From a virus (lineage: Duplodnaviria > Caudoviricetes), in IMG/VR virus record IMGVR_UViG_3300027732_001882, positions 1 through 39,345 of that record: 39,345 nt of DNA. The stretch is one strand, 5' to 3'. How positions within the stretch are numbered: position 1 is the stretch's first letter; each line of letters starts with the position of its first letter. The notes beneath the pieces were generated by a model. That model ran no database searches, was not told the origin of the DNA, and saw only the letters and a program-made list of their open reading frames with translations. The translations under genes were made by a program, and so were the position numbers. Of this stretch, positions 34,967-39,345 are shown one piece after another.

Positions 34967-35527
34967 TTAGAAACTGCGAGTGTAGTTGACTGCTACAACA
35001 TTTTGCTTGGAATCGCCTGTTACTCTGTCGTAACGGACACCAACTGCATCTTGCTTAGTAAGAGCATATGATACACCAGCACGAACTGTTTGAGTTGTAT
35101 CTAAGTTAACGCTGGTGTTATCAAACGAACTGCGATAACGATAGCCAACCTTTGCAGTTAGCCCAGTGCCACCAATTGGAGCAGAGAGACCTGGCTCAAC
35201 TGAGTAGTAAGAAAAACTACCAGTGGAACTATATTTCTCTCCAACTGCCACTGTGGTGTAACCAGTTACTGGTCCAAATACTGCGACAGAACCGGTTAAG
35301 CCGGCTTCCAGACGAGTTGATACTGCATTGGTACCATCTGTCTGAGTTGTTGAAACTTGAATATGGCCTGCAAAAGTTTTATTAATATTTTCCCTTGCTG
35401 TCATGTTGAAGTTTTTCTGGTCTGCTCCACCGCTTTGGCCGTCAATGCTTTGACCTTCCACTGTGATAGAACCTGCAAATACTGAACCACTAATAGTTAG
35501 TGCTAAAATTGCTAAGACTTTTTTCAT
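34967..35527 (-). CDS. outer-membrane beta-barrel (porin-like) protein
   Basis: Signal peptide, alternating beta-strand pattern, C-terminal YTRSF. Confidence 0.8.
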   Translation of the reverse strand: MKKVLAILALTISGSVFAGSITVEGQSIDGQSGGADQKNFNMTARENINKTFAGHIQVSTTQTDGTNAVSTRLEAGLTGSVAVFGPVTGYTTVAVGEKYSSTGSFSYYSVEPGLSAPIGGTGLTAKVGYRYRSSFDNTSVNLDTTQTVRAGVSYALTKQDAVGVRYDRVTGDSKQNVVAVNYTRSF

Positions 35528-35616
35528 AAATTATATTTCCTTTTTGTTTACAGTAGAGTATCCGAAAACACTCTACTGTAATGATACTTATAGATTGTAA
35601 ACAATCTGTAATAACC

Positions 35617-36150
35617 TTAATCGTCGGATTTTGGCAAATGTTGATGTTTTGCTATGGCTTCTTCGAGTGCCTTTTCAACAAATTCGTTAAATGTCATATC
35701 ACGATCATGCGCCAGTTTCATGTATTGTAACAGCTCTTCATCCGAAAAGTCAACCGGAATCTGCACACGAGTGTCATACTCATCTCCGTCTTTGATGGCC
35801 AGTGCTTTTTGGAAAAAATCATCATCCACATCCAAATCAATATAGTTGACATCATCCCATGCTTGATTGGCCAGTTCGCTTTTGGATTCTGCTTCCTTGC
35901 GGTGCTTATCCTGCTTGTTCTCCACAATCATACGATAGGCACGGTCATTGGTATAGTCACATACACTGACTTCGTAGACCTTTTGTGTTTTAGTACTGAA
36001 TACAATGCTAAAACTATATCCACCTTTGCCGTGAACACCATTCCAACTGTCCAGGCTGTAGGAATTTGGGCCATAACAACTCCAACCATATTCACTACCT
36101 TCGGTAATTTTATAGTCAACCAATTCCATCCACTCTTTCATTGTGATCAT
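35617..36150 (-). CDS. hypothetical protein
   Basis: 177-aa ORF, AGGAG RBS. Confidence 0.75.
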   Translation of the reverse strand: MITMKEWMELVDYKITEGSEYGWSCYGPNSYSLDSWNGVHGKGGYSFSIVFSTKTQKVYEVSVCDYTNDRAYRMIVENKQDKHRKEAESKSELANQAWDDVNYIDLDVDDDFFQKALAIKDGDEYDTRVQIPVDFSDEELLQYMKLAHDRDMTFNEFVEKALEEAIAKHQHLPKSDD

Positions 36151-36214
36151 ATAAATCTCCTAAAATAATTATTACAAATTTTATTATAGCTGACGCTGTG
36201 GCAGTTGTCAATGA

Positions 36215-36751
36215 TTAATGGTGACTTCTGACAATTTTTTTCATGGCCAATTGAACTGCTTCATCCATACTGTAAGGAAAGCAATTGTTTCCATCCATGC
36301 TGACATCCAAGATCCTGCCAGGCACCGTGGTGGGCCTAGCATGGCAGTGACCATGAAAGTGTAACGCACCCCTATGCATCATATCCCATTCCCAAATTGG
36401 ATAATGAAACAATACAATCCGGAATTCTTTGTAGCCAAGTTCCAAGTATTCGTGTATCTCTGCAAAACAGTTTCTAAAAGTTTGATCTCTTAAAAGCTTG
36501 ACATCGTGATTGCCCTTGATCAGAATCTTTTTTCCATTCATTCGATTCAACAGCCTGGATGCTGAAATTGCATCAGTGAATGCAATGTCACCTAGTATGT
36601 AAACCAAATCATCATAACCAACTACACTGTTGTGATTGTTGATAATTGCAGTATTCATTTCCGTAATGTCGTGAAACGGTCTGCTGTCAGCACAGAATTT
36701 TAAAATGTTGGTGTGACTAAAATGTATGTCAGAAGTAACCCATGTTTTCAT
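36215..36751 (-). CDS. calcineurin-like metallophosphoesterase
   Basis: SDIHF, LGD, GNHD, HYP and HGHCH. Confidence 0.9.
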   Translation of the reverse strand: MKTWVTSDIHFSHTNILKFCADSRPFHDITEMNTAIINNHNSVVGYDDLVYILGDIAFTDAISASRLLNRMNGKKILIKGNHDVKLLRDQTFRNCFAEIHEYLELGYKEFRIVLFHYPIWEWDMMHRGALHFHGHCHARPTTVPGRILDVSMDGNNCFPYSMDEAVQLAMKKIVRSHH

Positions 36752-37221
36752 TACGATATATACCAGATCTCGTCAAAGCCTTCTTCTTCTTCTGGCTCAT
36801 CCCAATTAATAATCATATCATCTAGCACTCGATCTGGAATTACTTTGCCAGGTCTTGATGCCAAGCGGCGGTCCAGTTCTATATGGTCTGGTATTTTAAA
36901 CACCACAGCAATGTGATAATAGTCGGGCAACATGCGGAACTTTTTAGCACGACTTTTAATTGTAGTACTGGTCTGATCCCATATTATGGTATGGCCATGC
37001 TCCTGTGCAAACACAACTTGTTGAATCATTAGATCAATTGCTGTGGGCATGTATTCTTCAAACACTTCTGAATAAGTCTTGCCTTGTGCCCTGGCATGGT
37101 CTTCTACAAACACATCTGTACTGACCACAGTCAGCCCCAGGGCCCAGGGCTGATTTTTAATCCAGGTGCTTTTACCTGCACCGGGGATTCCGATCAACAT
37201 GTATAATCTAGGCTGGTTCAT
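36751..37221 (-). CDS. P-loop kinase (AAA_33 / polynucleotide kinase-like)
   Basis: GIPGAGKST, DQT and R..R lid; start placed at ATG 37221. Confidence 0.8.
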   Translation of the reverse strand: MNQPRLYMLIGIPGAGKSTWIKNQPWALGLTVVSTDVFVEDHARAQGKTYSEVFEEYMPTAIDLMIQQVVFAQEHGHTIIWDQTSTTIKSRAKKFRMLPDYYHIAVVFKIPDHIELDRRLASRPGKVIPDRVLDDMIINWDEPEEEEGFDEIWYIS

Positions 37222-37375
37222 TTTTTCTAAGTCTTTCGATTTCATCTGCGGCTTCTTCCAGCAGGTCGGCAATTCGATCCGGGGCTCCTTCTTGTACACT
37301 CTTTCGAGTCTGAATTTGCCTCCGGATCTCTGCTCTTTTTCTTAAACGAAACACAAGGTCTTGTTCGCTGATCAT
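37208..37375 (-). CDS. 55-aa hypothetical protein
   Basis: ATGA overlap. MISEQDLVFRLRKRAEIRRQIQTRKSVQEGAPDRIADLLEEAADEIERLRKNEPA*. Confidence 0.7.
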   Translation of the reverse strand: MISEQDLVFRLRKRAEIRRQIQTRKSVQEGAPDRIADLLEEAADEIERLRKNEPA

Positions 37376-37875
37376 TTAGACACACTTGTTCTGGCTTCCG
37401 CCATCAATGCGGCATCTCCGCGAGTCAGCACTTCCAACAATAACCGCTTTTCTTCCAAGTACACTTTGGCAAAAGCAACATCTTCTTTTACAATGCTACG
37501 GGTGTTGGAGATCAAATCGGCCAACTTTACAGTCTGTGCTTCAGCAGGTGCGGCGGCAGTATGTGCCCGGTCGATGGCCTTGCGGACAGCACGATTGCCT
37601 TGTTCGGGCCTGCTGACATCAGTCAACCAGCCAACCAACTCAGCAACTTCTGCACCAAACTCAGCACGGATTACTTCGTTGGTAACACCAGTGTCTTCAA
37701 CCACATCGTGCAACCAAGCGGCCGCTAACATTTCGGGTGTATGCGGAACTGAGGCAACAATGCTGGCTACTTCGGCAGGATGCACAATGTACGGCTCATT
37801 AGTGTACTTCCGTAATTGTGCCACAGCGGTATGGGCCGCTGTTGCAAAAATTCTGGCTCTTTCTACTAATTCCAT
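37372..37875 (-). CDS. HD-domain small alarmone ((p)ppGpp) hydrolase-like protein
   Basis: AH..Q.RK...EPYIVHP, LHDVVEDT and VKLADLISN; start at ATG 37875 after AGGAG. Confidence 0.85.
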   Translation of the reverse strand: MELVERARIFATAAHTAVAQLRKYTNEPYIVHPAEVASIVASVPHTPEMLAAAWLHDVVEDTGVTNEVIRAEFGAEVAELVGWLTDVSRPEQGNRAVRKAIDRAHTAAAPAEAQTVKLADLISNTRSIVKEDVAFAKVYLEEKRLLLEVLTRGDAALMAEARTSVSK

Positions 37876-37897
37876 TATAACTCCTAAGTTGAATGCT

Positions 37898-37945
37898 AGT
37901 ATAGCACAAAAGGAAACAATGGTCAAGTGTTGTATTTTTACAACA
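37898..37945 (-). promoter_or_regulatory. sigma70 promoter with palindromic operator
   Basis: TTGACC-N17-TATACT; palindrome at 37928-37945. Confidence 0.7.
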
Positions 37946-37948
37946 AAT

Positions 37949-38407
37949 CTACACTAATTTCTTTATCATTTTAAGTACAATTGGTTCTAGCCCAAGTGAC
38001 TTACAACTAGCAATACGGGCGGCATTATCTCTGTGAACAAAACTGTATAAGCTGACTGAGCCAGCTTTTTTAATAGTTTCTTCAAAGTAACGATGCATTA
38101 TTTTCAAAATGCCGCGCCGCCTATAATTCTTGTCAACGCAACTAAAAATTAGATATGTTACTTTTTTTGTTTCATCATCAAAGTCGTAAATGATATTGCC
38201 AACCACCTCACCATTTATGGTAGCGTATATTGCCTTAGTACGATTGGTTGATGCAATATGAGGGTATGCATGTCCATTTTCAATTAGCTCTACAAAGTTT
38301 TTTAAATAGAATGTATAAACAGGACTGCCAACCAAAGCAGTACAGTTAAAAATTTTAATTTCTTGTCCCTGTGTATCTGTTTCAGTTGCAATTACATGAT
38401 CTGGCAT
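37949..38407 (-). CDS. GNAT acetyltransferase
   Basis: VDKNYRRRGI, VHRDN and SLG. Confidence 0.8.
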   Translation of the reverse strand: MPDHVIATETDTQGQEIKIFNCTALVGSPVYTFYLKNFVELIENGHAYPHIASTNRTKAIYATINGEVVGNIIYDFDDETKKVTYLIFSCVDKNYRRRGILKIMHRYFEETIKKAGSVSLYSFVHRDNAARIASCKSLGLEPIVLKMIKKLV

Positions 38408-38466
38408 AGGTTCCTCTTTGATAAGTTAGGCTAATACTTATAGTATTTGACTATTCGCAATTTTCC

Positions 38467-38494
38467 AAAAAGAAAGCACCCGAAGGTGCTTTCT
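38467..38494 (-). terminator. tmRNA terminator
   Basis: AGAAAGCACC-TTCG-GGTGCTTTCT plus T-run. Confidence 0.85.
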
Positions 38495-38775
38495 GGTATT
38501 TTCTGTTACGAGGTATTTCCTACCCTAAGTGGCTGTTAGGCCGCTAATGCGAACTGTGAGTCGTTTGCGGTTACTTTTGTTTAGTTTTTACGACTATCGC
38601 TGTCGTGCTGTCCACTCTGTTACTTGTTGCCCTGTCGAATCTAGGTCAGGCCCATCAAAAACATACTCTGTTAAATTTCACCTCTCCGCGTGTGAGGTCG
38701 AATATGTTTGTGGTGGACCTGGGGGGATTCGCACCCCCGTCCAGAACACTTTTCTCTTTGCTTCATACAGCAATA
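38495..38775 (-). ncRNA. ssrA: circularly permuted (two-piece) tmRNA, tag ANDSQFALAA
   Basis: The piece ending in T-arm and CCA (about 38775-38711) precedes the piece starting GGGCCTGA...ATTCGAC (from 38653); G3-U70; tag ORF at 38536-38568. Confidence 0.92.
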
Positions 38776-38781
38776 ACTTGT

Positions 38782-38810
38782 ATTATAGCACTAGTCTATA
38801 ATTTTGTCAA
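38782..38810 (-). promoter_or_regulatory. consensus sigma70 promoter of tmRNA
   Basis: TTGACA-N17-TATAAT. Confidence 0.85.
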
Positions 38811-38811
38811 A

Positions 38812-39339
38812 TCAATTTGAACCTGTGTCGGTTCCTTTACGGCCATCGCGGCCCATGGCACCTACCATACCTTTGTCAGTACTAAAGAAGGTATCAGCAA
38901 ATATCAATAGAAACATGCCAACTGAACCTAGCCACCAACCAAGAATACCGCCGGGGCCGGCCCCTGCCATTGTGGCAATCCCAGCAGCTGGAATTACTGA
39001 ATATAACAGTTGAATCAGTTTGCCTTGCCAGTTACCTGCAAGTCCCCAGGCCTCTGCTAGTTGTCCTTGTGGTTCTTGTCCAACTTTGTTTTTTAGTATT
39101 TCTTCAAATCCCAATGCTTTAGCAACTTTGATTGCATTTTCTCTGCTGGGTGTAAAATCTCCACCAGTTGCTTGTTTAACTTGTTGTGCAATTTGAGCGA
39201 CAGTATCACCACCAAACAGCTTCATTGCTTTTGGTACCATGGACTTCAATGAGTCCATAATGCCCTCGTCGAGTTGGGTGTTTGCCTGACTATTTTCATT
39301 GATTATATCAATGTATTTGCGAAAATGTTGTGTGCTCAT
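38812..39339 (-). CDS. hypothetical protein with C-terminal hydrophobic segments
   Basis: 175-aa ORF. Confidence 0.7.
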   Translation of the reverse strand: MSTQHFRKYIDIINENSQANTQLDEGIMDSLKSMVPKAMKLFGGDTVAQIAQQVKQATGGDFTPSRENAIKVAKALGFEEILKNKVGQEPQGQLAEAWGLAGNWQGKLIQLLYSVIPAAGIATMAGAGPGGILGWWLGSVGMFLLIFADTFFSTDKGMVGAMGRDGRKGTDTGSN

Positions 39340-39345
39340 TGGCTA

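Noticed and set aside
37361-37957. 198-aa plus-strand ORF
   Set aside because: It is the antisense shadow of the HD hydrolase gene.
1-39345. Stop-codon recoding
   Set aside because: Recognisable genes are full length in code 11, TAA, TAG and TGA all end genes, and no suppressor tRNA was found.
1-39345. CRISPR array, IS element, integrase or intron
   Set aside because: No regularly spaced direct repeats, transposase or integrase motifs, or split genes were seen by eye.

Overview
This window looks like part of a very large (jumbo or huge) dsDNA phage genome. It has dense, mostly minus-strand genes, many near-consensus sigma70 promoters, a T4-late-like (A)TAA(A/G)TA motif and a gp38-like adhesin. 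The host is probably a proteobacterium, inferred from the IscU/IscA, PBP7-like and outer-membrane proteins. The window holds 29 tRNA genes covering all 20 amino acids in two clusters (11461-14248 and 23879-27159), a circularly permuted two-piece tmRNA, clpP, rpoZ, a small alarmone hydrolase, iscU/iscA, a plcP-glycosyltransferase pair, envelope enzymes and an expanded set of modification-type enzymes. The main finding is that each tRNA cluster is headed by a promoter, a short apparently leaderless peptide ORF and a mutually exclusive antiterminator/terminator pair. The codon content of each leader mirrors the tRNA set of its own cluster, which suggests a ribosome-stalling attenuator that senses depletion of many tRNAs. 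Several unexplained structured RNAs with related closing stems lie among the tRNAs. All calls were made by eye; no database search or folding program was run.
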